From NCBI GenBank assembly GCA_000004985.1, contig GG738912.1: a DNA stretch of 64,000 bases. The stretch is one strand, 5' to 3'. The notes below the pieces were generated by a model. That model was not told the origin of the DNA. It saw only the letters and a list, made by a program, of their open reading frames with translations, and ran no database searches. This document shows, piece after piece, positions 22,561 through 33,051 of this stretch. The stretch comes from Naegleria gruberi (Eukaryota). How positions within the stretch are numbered: position 1 is the stretch's first letter; every line of letters begins with the position of its first letter. The position numbers were made by a program, and so were the translations under genes.

Positions 22561-22657
22561 AATTCCATATAATATTATGATAATTATACCAATATTCTAA
22601 ATTTTCTAAAAGAAGTTATTATATTTTGTACATTTTTGGTTAATTAGTTCATTTGAA

Positions 22658-23296
22658 TTATTTCAAATTCATAACTCGTCTCATTAATTCGTCATCATCC
22701 TCAATTTCATCCAAATCCTTTTCTTTTCGTGAAGCTTTTAGAGCAGAAGATCCAGTCTTGGCACCTGATAATTTTCCACTCACTTCCAATCCAATTTCAT
22801 CATAAATTTGTTCCATTGCTTCATCTACTTCTTCCTCTTCATCTTGGAACATATCATCCAAAGCATCATCCATCATTTCTTCAGTCATACTTGTCTTTTC
22901 TTGTGCCTGTTGGAATTCCATCATTGTCTTTTGCATATCTTGAAGATTCATTTGTTGATTCATCTTTTGCATGACATTTCCAGTTGCCTTGATAGCTCCA
23001 ACCATTTTATCTTGTGCTTGCATGGATGTTGCTTTGAACTGCACTGTATTCATTGTTTGTTTCATCTTTCCCATTCGTTCTTGTTGTTTTCTTAAATTTA
23101 CAATTTGTTTAGCAAGAGTTTTGGCAGTTGTCTGATCTCCTTTCTCAAGAGCCCTCTTTACTTGAATTTGAAGCTTTTGCTCTTCTGTTTTTAATTTATT
23201 AGCCTCTCTGTCCATATCCCGAGTACCAGAACGAAGTTCCTTCTTTTGCTCCTTCAACAATTCTTGATTGGTTTTTGCTTTCTCAAAGAGTGGCAT
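22658..23296 (-). CDS. ESCRT-III subunit CHMP2/Vps2 (Snf7 family)
   Basis: 212 aa. The basic N-terminal half and acidic C-terminal half (MMEFQQAQEKTSMTEEMMDDALDDMFQDEEEEVDEAMEQIYDEIGLE) are collinear with CHMP2A. C-terminal MIM-like DDDELMRRVMNLK. Confidence 0.85.
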   Translation of the reverse strand: MPLFEKAKTNQELLKEQKKELRSGTRDMDREANKLKTEEQKLQIQVKRALEKGDQTTAKTLAKQIVNLRKQQERMGKMKQTMNTVQFKATSMQAQDKMVGAIKATGNVMQKMNQQMNLQDMQKTMMEFQQAQEKTSMTEEMMDDALDDMFQDEEEEVDEAMEQIYDEIGLEVSGKLSGAKTGSSALKASRKEKDLDEIEDDDELMRRVMNLK

Positions 23297-23660
23297 AGTG
23301 TATTTACAAATTTATATTAAAAGGATGAATATTATTTGGATTATTTGGATTATTTGGATTGTTTAGATATAGTACAATGGTATCCGATAGTTTTTAGCAG
23401 TATCAAATCACTCTCCTATTTTAAAATTAGCAATTTGTTGTTTGGTGTGATGAAAAATCTCCTTGTTGCAATTTTTTTGTTTTTATTTTTAAATTTTTTA
23501 AAGTTGTTTGCTGTTGAGAAATTGGAAATGAAATGGAAGAAGGAAGAGAGGAACAAGTTCAATTTGGTGTGGTTTCAAGTTTTTTAACAATTTCACAAAT
23601 GAAAGTGATTGGAGCAGGTTTAAATATAATATTTGAAATGTTTAATTCAATAGAGGGTGA

Positions 23661-24998
23661 TTAAATGTTAGCAAGAATGCTTCCTTGAGTTTGTTCCTCA
23701 TAGGTCAAATTATTTTCCTTCAAATAGGTCAAAACTGCTGGTTTGATTTTAGGTCCAGAAGCATCAGAGTGATTACCAGCACCATAGATGATGGTTAATT
23801 GATTGATGGATTGACTCTTTAACTTTTCAATTCTTTGTTTCAAGAAATTCATGGCAGCATCAACATATTGTCCATGCAAATCAATTTCAGTTTCTGGTCT
23901 GTCCTTATTGAGATGATCATACATGACATTGGCACTTTCTTCTTGATATTGCTTCATCAATGATTGAGCATGCTTTCCTTCATTACTCAATTGGGATGCA
24001 AGACCTTTATCTCCTTCTTCAAAGGCCTTCTTGGCATTCTCAAATGAAGAAGCCATAATTTGAGCTTGTTCTTGAATCTTCTTTTCCAATTCCTTGAATA
24101 ATTTCATTGATTCAGTCAAGTGTTCAACAAATTGATTTTCATTCTTATCAAATTCCCATCCATAAACCTTCAATTCATCACGCAATTTAATATAAGTCTT
24201 TTCTAAATCGAATCCTTCTCCATTGGCAGTAATTGTAACTAATGTGCTGTCATCATCGATTGGTGACATGTCAATTTTTGATTGTGTTTCATCTTTGATC
24301 TTGTTAATAGTAGCTCCCTTTTGACCAATCAAATACTTGGAAATGTGAGATGGTTTGATAACGAATGAACTCTTTTCGACATCCAAATTCGAAACAAATT
24401 CTCTTTCTTGTTCAGATGATTCTGTAACAACAGCAACCACTGGTTTAGTTTCTTCTTCCTTTTGAACTTCAACTGGAGTTTCGTCAACAGCAGCAACAGG
24501 CTCTTCTGGGACAAATTCATTACTTTCTTGAACTGTATTAGAAACAACAACTGGTGTGGTTTCTTCAACAAATTCATTGGTAGAAATTTCTTCTTCCTTT
24601 TCAATTTCGACTGGGGTTTCGACAAGTGTTGTAGCAACTGGTTCTTCCTTCTTTTCGGCAACAATTGGGGTTACCTTTTCAATGACAACTTCTGTTGGTT
24701 TAGTTTCGGCAGCAACAACAACTGATGGTTTTTCAACTTTTTCAATAACAGGTTTTGTTTTTTGATCATCAACTTTCAAAGGTGCATCTTTTGTGGATGA
24801 TGAAACAGCAGTAGCAGTAGTAGTTGTTGTATTCTTTGGAGTTTCCTTCTTATTGTTAGCTGATGAATTTTCGTCAACTTTCTTAGCAGCACCAGAAGAT
24901 GCAGAAGAACTAGTAGTTGATGGAGAAAAGATGGCTACCAAATACTTGGTCAAGATCGGAAAACCAGCAAGGAATAATATCAAAATGAGTGGCAACAT
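23661..24998 (-). CDS. KH-domain / DUF1771 / Smr-domain protein with an N-terminal hydrophobic anchor (N4BP2-like architecture)
   Basis: Start taken at Met 24998 (MLPLILILFLAGFPILTKYLVAIF). An acidic S/T/E/K/V-rich linker follows. KH motif: SKYLIGQKGATINKIKDETQSKI. C-terminal Smr: ETEIDLHGQYVDAAMNFLKQRIEKL...LTIIYGAGNHS. The upstream in-frame extension to 25199 is AT-rich leader. Confidence 0.7.
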   Translation of the reverse strand: MLPLILILFLAGFPILTKYLVAIFSPSTTSSSASSGAAKKVDENSSANNKKETPKNTTTTTATAVSSSTKDAPLKVDDQKTKPVIEKVEKPSVVVAAETKPTEVVIEKVTPIVAEKKEEPVATTLVETPVEIEKEEEISTNEFVEETTPVVVSNTVQESNEFVPEEPVAAVDETPVEVQKEEETKPVVAVVTESSEQEREFVSNLDVEKSSFVIKPSHISKYLIGQKGATINKIKDETQSKIDMSPIDDDSTLVTITANGEGFDLEKTYIKLRDELKVYGWEFDKNENQFVEHLTESMKLFKELEKKIQEQAQIMASSFENAKKAFEEGDKGLASQLSNEGKHAQSLMKQYQEESANVMYDHLNKDRPETEIDLHGQYVDAAMNFLKQRIEKLKSQSINQLTIIYGAGNHSDASGPKIKPAVLTYLKENNLTYEEQTQGSILANI

Positions 24999-25299
24999 TT
25001 TTTTTTGATGAGTGTTGAAGAGGATGAATTTTTTAAAAAAGTAAAGTGAGCCATAAAACGGCGGGAAAGATGTCCTTAATAGGACTTTTAATTGGTTGTC
25101 AATAATTTGATGGGTTCGAGTGTGAAATACATGTAAGTTATTGTAAATAAATTGAATAGATATCGAGTGTGGAATTAAGAGTGGCTGATGAGTATCCAAC
25201 TTTGGAAGAGTTTAGATTCTTTATGGATGTCGCTTTTATTTGTTTGGAAATGAACAGTTTACAATGAGTGTATTAGAAATCAGGTCATCAGTTGTTTTA

Positions 25300-26940
25300 T
25301 TATTCAATATTTGATGGTTGGTTTCTTGAAGCATTCACTACTTCACTCATGGATCGTAAAAGAGTTTCATTTTGTAATTGAACTATCTTGTATCTATTGT
25401 TTAAAAGTGTCAACGCTTTCAAATCTTTGGAAACTATTTCAAAATAATCAATTTTCTTTGGATTTCCATCTGGTCCAATTCCCAACTGATTGTTTTCTCT
25501 CGTTCCTGATTGAATACTTTTAGCAATTTGAAGGTTGACACGGGCTGCCAAAATGAAATATGGAATTAAGATAGGAGAGGTTGCAGAAAAGAAAATATTT
25601 CCAGTGAGATGTGAAATTTTCAAGCTTGCTTCCTCAATTAATTCCTTTCCAGTGGTAGCTCTTATCAAAATTCCAATTTGAATTCCATTATAGAAAATAT
25701 CTCTGGTAAAGAATAGTCCATCGTAGTAATGTTTCTTATTAGCTGGTTTCTTAATATCAATTACTGTCTTACACAATTCGACCATTTGATTGAATAAGGA
25801 TTCAGAAACTGCGATGATTTCATTACAGTTTTGTGGTGTGATGGATTGTTCGAAAAGAGCCGAAACATATTTTGGAAGAAAAGTTCCACTAGCAAATTCG
25901 TATAATTTTGGAATATTTCGAATGGCAAGATCGAAATCCGAATGGAAAACTACCATATGCTCAAATACTCCAAGTGTCTTGAGTAGTCCCTGTTCCTCAG
26001 GTGTCATTTCCAATCTTTCCTTTTCACTTTTGCTTGTAAAATAAAATTTCACACTATTCATGTAATAATTCGAAAGTTGCAAATTTCCATTTCCAATTTC
26101 TACAATTGCCAAATTGAGATACGCAGAAGAAACTACTAAGGAAGGCGCCTTATTGATTAAAGCAAGTTTCTTTCTGCAATTTAGAGCACTATCATTAGAA
26201 ATCTCGCTTCTCCCAAGGAATTGTTCAACCACTGATTTTGCACTATAAAAGAAAGCTTCCATTTCTAATTTAATTTCTTGATTAGTTTCGTCTTGATCTT
26301 GTAAAATTAATTTACGTAATTCTTCCTTATTAACAGTGGTTAAGATCCAGTTCACTGCGAAATAGAAATCAATTGTGTTAGATTTCGTCAAGCTTGGCGT
26401 TTTATGAAAGAATGAGGGATGTGAGGATTCTTCAGGACTTGGTTTCGTCTTTTTTCGGCTACTTTCTTCAGTTTTTTGTTTTCTTTTGGATTCTCTATAT
26501 TCACATGGAATTCCTCTTGATACACATCTATCACAGGATGGTTTAGTTCTACCTATTTTCGAATAAATTCAAAAAAATTCTAATTTCAAAAACTTACTAC
26601 AATATTTGTGCATCTTTCTACATCTGACACATGCAATAATATTATTACCATCACTACTCGTTTCTGCTTCCACATTTTCATTAGTTTCCTTATTTTGTTC
26701 CTCTGAGGATGAAGGAGACGAATTATCCGAAGGTCTTTCCAATAAACTTTCCAATGGTTGTTGACAATCAAGAATATTTCCATTATTTTCAACAAGTTGT
26801 TGTTCATCCATATTCAATTCGTTACCAGTTCCCAAATTATTTGTTGTCCACAAATTCAATCCCAAAGCAGCCAACAAGTTTGGACTAAACTGAAGCGAAT
26901 CCAATTCGTTTCCTCCCATTAGAAACCATTCCTCACTCAT
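25300..26940 (-). CDS. Zn(2)-Cys(6) binuclear-cluster transcription factor, two exons (26940..26598 and 26552..25300)
   Basis: Exon 1 ends ...ACVRCRKMHKYC S|gtaagt. A 45-nt intron follows. Exon 2 reads RTKPSCDRCVSRGIPCEY..., reconstituting C-x2-C-x6-C-x6-C-x2-C-x6-C. The frame is continuous to the stop at 25300 and total CDS length is divisible by 3. Confidence 0.75.
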
Positions 26941-27145
26941 TTTAGCATCAATGTAGGGTGCAGTTAGTTATTTGATTTTTTTTAATGTTGTAAATATTAC
27001 GTAGCCAACCAAAGGAGGAAAGGAGACGAAACCGCGGACATTGTTATTGGAATGTTTGTCGTTCCTCCTACTTTTTGTTAGAACCATGCAGTTCTTTCTT
27101 CTTGTAAAAATAAGGAAGGTTTATCAAACAATTTAATAAGGAAAA

Positions 27146-28219
27146 TTAGAAAATCTTCTTTTCTAAAACTTGTTTTCCCATCTCTTCATATTCACGTTTG
27201 GAAATTAGAGAAAATTGTGTGAAAGAGGCAAGAATTGAACCTCCGACCCAAGCACTATTTTCAATGCTTGGCAAGACTGATACATTTCCAATGCGATGGA
27301 AGGCACGTGTGACTTCAGCGTCCAATCTCTTATCAAATCCTTCGAGCAGAGTATTTCCTCCATTGAGAATGAGTGTTCCTGACCTTTCGTCTTTGGATCC
27401 ATCACTCAATGGAATTCGATAATAGACGAAAGAACTGAATTCTTCATCTTGGAAAAGACTTTCAGTACAAGCAAGACGAGTAGAGGCAAACACTCGCACA
27501 GTATTCCCATCTGGAAGCTCGAAATTGGTCAATTCAGGTAATTGGAACCTAGTTGTTGACACACTCTTTCCAGACCTTGCAAGATGTGCAAGAGTTTCTT
27601 TTGCCATTCTTGCAAATTTCATTCGTGTATATTCATCATAGTTTGATGAGTCAGAAAATTCCATTCCTTCGAGCATGACTTGTGTTAAATCTCTTCCTGC
27701 TTTCGAATATTTCTCTGTCGTATGAGGAATTAAACGACCTTCATGAATAGACAAAACATAGGTCAGTTCATCTCCACTCGTTAAAACTGTTGCTTTGGTT
27801 TCACCATGAGCAAAAGAAGATGCTACACAGTTTTGTATAAAATTCAATCCAGATAATCCCAAACTTTCCAATATAATTTCTGAACTTTTCATTCTATCTG
27901 AATGTTCTGTAAAAGGATGATCAAATAAAAGAATTGAATAATCACTCCAATCCGATTTCTCTCCCAACTGTTTACTCATTCCGTGATGAAATATGAGCTC
28001 TGCATCTTGCCAATTGTCAATCATTCCTTCCTTGACAGGTTTCGTCAATTCCATTTCTTCTTTTCCATATAATTCGTCTACTTTCTCACCAACAATCTCC
28101 TTCCCATTATTCAATCTCCCAACAAGTGTCTGAAAGATATGTTCTGGTGTTTCATCTCCAGCCATTCCGACTCTTGTATTGAGCGAGCCCATTTCGAATA
28201 CAATTACTGGTCTTTGCAT
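27146..28219 (-). CDS. Actin-related protein (divergent Arp, actin fold)
   Basis: 357 aa. IVFEMGSLNTRVGMAGDETPEHIF aligns with the actin N-terminal phosphate-1 loop (DNGSG.CKAGFAGDD.P). LNGGNTLLEGFDKRL matches actin GG.T...G...RL. Confidence 0.65.
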   Translation of the reverse strand: MQRPVIVFEMGSLNTRVGMAGDETPEHIFQTLVGRLNNGKEIVGEKVDELYGKEEMELTKPVKEGMIDNWQDAELIFHHGMSKQLGEKSDWSDYSILLFDHPFTEHSDRMKSSEIILESLGLSGLNFIQNCVASSFAHGETKATVLTSGDELTYVLSIHEGRLIPHTTEKYSKAGRDLTQVMLEGMEFSDSSNYDEYTRMKFARMAKETLAHLARSGKSVSTTRFQLPELTNFELPDGNTVRVFASTRLACTESLFQDEEFSSFVYYRIPLSDGSKDERSGTLILNGGNTLLEGFDKRLDAEVTRAFHRIGNVSVLPSIENSAWVGGSILASFTQFSLISKREYEEMGKQVLEKKIF

Positions 28220-28372
28220 TTTTTTTAATTAAAAAATTAAACTTTCAAGTTCATTCAATCTAAATAATTCACTAACATGTACAATATTCATATTAAATTC
28301 ATAAAAGTATTTCAAATTACAAAATTTACAATTTTTGATTTTTGTAAAAGTTTGAAAAAGTTCAAAAAAAAA

Positions 28373-30463
28373 ATGATCAACAATAAATTGCTACGATTTG
28401 ACAAACTCTCGAGAAGCAGCAGATTTACCACTTGTTTCTCATCATCATCAACTTTATCAATATTTAAATATTCACCATTTCCGCACTCATCAAATAAATT
28501 AAAAAATAATTCGATTTTTCGTGATGATTCCAATTTGGGAAATTATAGAACGTTTAGCAAGAATTTGATGAATTGCAATAGTAATAATAATAATGGAACA
28601 ACAGTAGAGAAAGTAGAACGTAATTTTCACTTAAAAGAAGGAGGTGGAGTTCTCGGAATTGATTTAGGAACAACCAATAGTTGTGTGGCCATCATGGAAG
28701 GAAATCACTTGGATGCAGTTCATGTTCGAGTGTTGGAGAATGAATTGGGATTTAGAACGACTCCTTCGGTGGTTGCATTTGATTCTCAGGATAAATTGAT
28801 TGTTGGTGAGCCAGCCAAGAGGCAAGCCATCATGAATCCAAAGAATACTTTGCATGCTGTGAAGAGATTGATTGGATTGTCGTATGAGGATGCTAGGAAA
28901 AATGGCCATTCATTACCATTTGAGTTAGTTAGTGGAAAGAGAGGTCAGGTGGCTATTCGAATGGGAAATGGAAAGGAATTTTCTCCAACACAGATCAGTG
29001 CCTTCATTTTGCAACATATGAGGGATGTAGCTCAACAATATTTGGGACAGAGAATTGATAGGGCAGTAATTACAGTACCTGCCTATTTCAATGAGAATCA
29101 GAAACAGGCCACGATGGATGCTGGAATGATTGCTGGAATCACAGTGGAGAGAATTATCAATGAACCAACAGCTGCTGCTTTGGCTTATGGATTGGGAGGA
29201 AAGAGATTCTCCAATTTTGAAATTAATGATCGAGATGGAACTATCGTAGTATTTGATTTGGGAGGAGGAACTTTTGATGTGAGCATTTTGGAAATTAGTG
29301 GAGATGTTTTTCAAGTTGTTGCTACGAATGGAGATGCATTTTTGGGTGGTGAGGATTTTGATAATCGAATTCTTCAGTGGATTGTGAAAAAGTTCAAGGA
29401 AGAGCAAAAGGTAAACTTGGAAGAAGATCCATTGGCTTATCAGAGATTGAAAGAGGCTGCTGAGAAGGCCAAAATTGAACTTTCCTCAGTAATTTCTACA
29501 GAAATTAATTTGCCGTTCATTGGAAGAAATGCATTCGGACCTGTAAATTTGAAAATGACTTTGAAGAGAAGTGAATTCGAAACCATGTGTGCTGATTTAG
29601 TGGAACGAACCCTCAAACCAGTTCAGAAGTGCATGAAAGATGCTGGATTGAGGCCAAGCGACATTTCACAAGTGATTCTCGTAGGAGGAATGACCAGAAT
29701 GCCACTTATTGAGAAAATGGTTTCCTCCTATTTCCAACAAACTCCCAACAAGTCCGTAAACCCTGATGAAGCAGTTGCCATTGGAGCAGCCATTCAAGGA
29801 AGTATTTGTAGTGGCCAATTAGTAGAAACCAAACAGTCAATAATCTTGTTGGATGTTGTACCTCTTTCATTGGGTGTTGCCTTAGTGAACGATGTTTACA
29901 AGGTCATGATACCGAGAAATACTCAAGTTCCAGCTCGATTTGCTGATCATTTCACAACAATTAAGGACAATCAAACCAACATTCTAATTGACATTTACCA
30001 GGGAGAACGTGAACTGGCCTCCAAAAACAAAAACCTCGGTCAAATGGTCCTCAGTGGCATCCCACCAGCTCCTAAAGGTATTCCAAATATCAAGACCACA
30101 TTCTCCATCGATGTCAATGGTCTCCTATTCGTGGAATCCGAAGATATGGCCTCAGGAAGTCAAGTCAACATGTTTATCACCTCCCACAACTCTCTGACCA
30201 ATCAGGAAATTGAGGAAATGAGAAAATTAGCAGAACAATACAAATATCAAGATACTCAACAAGTGGAATGGAACGTTAAAAAGACAGAATCTGAGGAATT
30301 GATTCAAAAATGTGAAAATTCTCAACATGTTGCGAAAGATTCATCAAATGAAAAACAAGCAGAGTTGGGAGAAGCCATTCGTGAATTGAGACATAGTGTT
30401 TCCAATAGAGATTCTGCTAAATATACCTCCATTACAGATCTCTTAAAGAGAATGTCATTCTAA
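28373..30463 (+). CDS. Hsp70 family chaperone, mitochondrial DnaK/HscA-Ssq1-like
   Basis: Start at Met 28373 (MINNKLLRFDKLSRSSRFTTCF... is presequence-like). GIDLGTTNSCVA, DLGGGTFDVSILEI, IINEPTAAALAYGLG, VGGMTRMP and NPDEAVAIGAAIQG are all present. There is no cytosolic GGMP/EEVD tail. Confidence 0.85.
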   Translation: MINNKLLRFDKLSRSSRFTTCFSSSSTLSIFKYSPFPHSSNKLKNNSIFRDDSNLGNYRTFSKNLMNCNSNNNNGTTVEKVERNFHLKEGGGVLGIDLGTTNSCVAIMEGNHLDAVHVRVLENELGFRTTPSVVAFDSQDKLIVGEPAKRQAIMNPKNTLHAVKRLIGLSYEDARKNGHSLPFELVSGKRGQVAIRMGNGKEFSPTQISAFILQHMRDVAQQYLGQRIDRAVITVPAYFNENQKQATMDAGMIAGITVERIINEPTAAALAYGLGGKRFSNFEINDRDGTIVVFDLGGGTFDVSILEISGDVFQVVATNGDAFLGGEDFDNRILQWIVKKFKEEQKVNLEEDPLAYQRLKEAAEKAKIELSSVISTEINLPFIGRNAFGPVNLKMTLKRSEFETMCADLVERTLKPVQKCMKDAGLRPSDISQVILVGGMTRMPLIEKMVSSYFQQTPNKSVNPDEAVAIGAAIQGSICSGQLVETKQSIILLDVVPLSLGVALVNDVYKVMIPRNTQVPARFADHFTTIKDNQTNILIDIYQGERELASKNKNLGQMVLSGIPPAPKGIPNIKTTFSIDVNGLLFVESEDMASGSQVNMFITSHNSLTNQEIEEMRKLAEQYKYQDTQQVEWNVKKTESEELIQKCENSQHVAKDSSNEKQAELGEAIRELRHSVSNRDSAKYTSITDLLKRMSF

Positions 30464-30581
30464 ACTCAATAAACTCTGTTGTGGCTTTCCAAAAACTTAC
30501 CAAATATTGTAAACATTTGTCAAAGATAGAGCATGTTGTCCTTTGGAAAGATAACTAAACTTGAATAAAAGATAAACTTTA

Positions 30582-31424
30582 CTATTCAAAAACTTTCTTT
30601 AACAGCAATGAAGAACCATCTGTCGAAGAATACATGATTGAATTCATCAATTCTCTCATTGAAGGAAGTTTCTGTGATGAATTCAATGATTGTTGATGTT
30701 GTAATTGTAGTTGTGTTTGATTAGCAAATGATTTGAATGGAACAATTTGATTAAATTGTGGCAAGTTATAGTGTACAGAATGTGTTGTATCGACAGAGGA
30801 GGTGGAATAATGAGTAAAGGTTTCAAATACATTATTCGAAGGAGGACATGTGCTTGGAGAAAACTTTCGTTTCTTTTGAGTTAAAGTTGGAGATGTAGAG
30901 GAGGCAGAATGAGAAGAAACAGCTGAGTAGGATTCGTTAGAGGAGTATGGTGAGGTAGAAGCACAGAGTCTTCTTTTTAGTGGATTAGTTTCGTGTTGAT
31001 CAATACTGTAATTCGAATAATGAGTATTCGAATAATCTTGAACAAATTTACATGTGGTATTAAGAGTATTTGGCATTGAATTGGAATTGCTATTTGAAAG
31101 TGTTGAAGATTTAGTTTGCTTTCTATCAATTTTGTATTGGTCAACTTGAAGCAATACTTCTGTAATTGTTGACTTTCGTTTCTTACATGTTTCGAATACA
31201 ACTCCTTCACTCTTCATTTCAATGATAGATTCATAGAGAGCAATCATACCGTTAGGAGAAAATTGTGTAAACTTTTCCTTTAGAATAATGTTCATTTGGT
31301 TTCTCTTTGCAGGATTAGTTTCGTATATTTCCTTCAACATGAAAAAGTACTTTTGATCCATGATTTCAATACTATGATACTTCTTTCTAATAGCACAGTG
31401 TTGAGTGTTGCACTTTAATTTCAT
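30582..31424 (-). CDS. Hypothetical S/T/N-rich protein with an N-terminal Cys/His cluster (MKLKCNTQHCAIRKKYH); 5' end uncertain
   Basis: The frame is open from a GTG at 31460. The first ATG in frame is at 31424. A possible upstream mini-exon (ATGTCC...GAAG|gtaagt at ~31495) could not be joined in frame. Confidence 0.4.
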   Translation of the reverse strand: MKLKCNTQHCAIRKKYHSIEIMDQKYFFMLKEIYETNPAKRNQMNIILKEKFTQFSPNGMIALYESIIEMKSEGVVFETCKKRKSTITEVLLQVDQYKIDRKQTKSSTLSNSNSNSMPNTLNTTCKFVQDYSNTHYSNYSIDQHETNPLKRRLCASTSPYSSNESYSAVSSHSASSTSPTLTQKKRKFSPSTCPPSNNVFETFTHYSTSSVDTTHSVHYNLPQFNQIVPFKSFANQTQLQLQHQQSLNSSQKLPSMRELMNSIMYSSTDGSSLLLKKVFE

Positions 31425-31924
31425 AGAACGGTTATTCGAAACAATACGAAACCTTTCCACTTACCTTCAAGTGAGTCAAATAATGATATGGACATGTGGT
31501 TGGCATTGTTTAGTATTTGTTTTATGTTGTTTATTTGCCCACAATCTTCAACAGCATCTTTTCAATAATCTCGGCAGACCTTTAACTTCATGATTACTCA
31601 GTTTAGTCTAAGGTTTCGAATTAGGACTGAAAATGTGGTGACAAGAATTCTATTAACATCGTGAACAAGGCGTCAACGATTCAAAGGGCCCCTCTTAACA
31701 CTTCTCTAAAAGTTGAATAAAAATTAAAATGTGTCAATCAGTCACTTGTCGTGAATGAGAAGTATATAAAGAGAGAAAAGAATAAAAGAATGACTTGGCA
31801 ATAATGGATCTGTAATTTCATATTTGTATTTTTGAATTGTGCTCACTGTGCCTTTCGGCAGTATTGAGATGATTTCAGGTTTAGAATAACTAAAAGAAAG
31901 TTCAGTAACCGTGATGAAACTGTT

Positions 31925-32960
31925 TCAGTTAATATTTAAAAGTACGAAGAGCACAATCATGAAATAAAAAACGAAGGGTGCAACACAACTTGATGGAATA
32001 CAGTTGGAAATTGTGGTTTTTGGTTCATTATTAGAATTTCCATTTTGAGAGTTATTCGAAACCTCAGGGTAAGTTTCATTACAGCTAATTTTGAATCGTG
32101 AGCATTGTTGGGATGTTGGTGGAACGTAAAAACCAGTATACATGTTATCTAACTTCCATGAATCATCAGATTGTTTTGTCCAACTCTATATTTGAAAGAT
32201 AATTCAAAATTCCAAAATAGGTAAAATAAAAAAATACATGAAGAAAACCTACCGAACTTTCTTGTGTATAATCCCCACATGGTCCTGTATAATTGTACTT
32301 GAAATTACTCAATTCCACAGTTCCATTAATTTGAATATTAGCACAGCTGTGATAGACACTTCCACATAATTCTGAGTTGCCTGTTTTTGTGGTTGGATAG
32401 GAACAACAACCTGATTGTTTATCAGTCATTGGGTTGGTTAATGAGATGGAACATTTTTGGCATTTGATATTTGGAATGTCAACTAAATATTGGTAAACTT
32501 TTAGAGAGCTACTGTCTGATTGATCATTGTGTGGAATGTGATCGATCAAAATGTACTTTTCATAATTGGAATCAGAGTTGATACTCAGTGCAATACGAAA
32601 GGGAGCTCCTGTATGTGAAATTGTTTCTTCAAATTGAAGAATTTGCTTTCCTGGTTGAAGAATTGTAACTGGTTGACCATTTCCAAAGAATTCAACACCT
32701 CCACATGGATAACTTTTTAATCCAGAATCTGATGTTCTTGGTCTAGTAGTATTTCATTCAAAATCGTCCAATTTCATGTTTAATATTTTTAATAATTTAC
32801 AATTAATAATTAATTTACATGATTGTTGATATTTTAATAGTATTTTAAACACTCACGTTGGATATTTCCATCTAGCATGCCCACTAACTGATGAAATCAT
32901 AAACATTCCGATACACAAAAAGAGGAAAACCAACTGTTGTGAAACTGTCATTTTTTTCAT
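31925..32960 (-). CDS. Secreted, probably GPI-anchored 284-aa protein whose predicted mature N-terminus is His; candidate histidine-brace copper protein. Three exons: 32960..32857, 32742..32253 and 32185..31925
   Basis: Signal peptide MKKMTVSQQLVFLFLCIGMFMISSVSG|HARWKYPT. Donors AAC|GTGAGT and TCG|GTAGGT, acceptors ...tactag| and ...aatatag|. The frame is preserved across both introns. C-terminal VAPFVFYFMIVLFVLLNIN is a GPI-type hydrophobic tail. Confidence 0.6.
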
Positions 32961-33051
32961 GAATTGATTTGTGATACTTGGTTATTGATCTTTACAATCT
33001 AGGTTTTTATTTACAAATATTGTTGCAAAAACGATGGTTTTGTTAGCAATC

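Noticed and set aside
23331-23360. ggattattt x3 microsatellite and other short AT-rich simple repeats in intergenic DNA
   Set aside because: Trivial low-complexity sequence, typical of this AT-rich genome. No further structure.
26391-26391. ORF-track starts MTKSNTIDFY (26391), MERFRIVSNN (31460) and MEHAIGCCY (42696)
   Set aside because: These 'M' codons are TTG/GTG in the DNA, because the ORF track allows alternative starts. For 26391 the true frame continues upstream through a 45-nt intron to ATG 26940. For 42696 it continues upstream to a splice acceptor. For 31460 it continues to an unresolved 5' end.
31461-31500. Possible upstream mini-exon ATGTCCATATCATTATTTGACTCACTTGAAG|gtaagt for the 30582..31424 gene
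   Set aside because: No downstream acceptor places it in frame with the long ORF without hitting a stop. It is probably coincidental.
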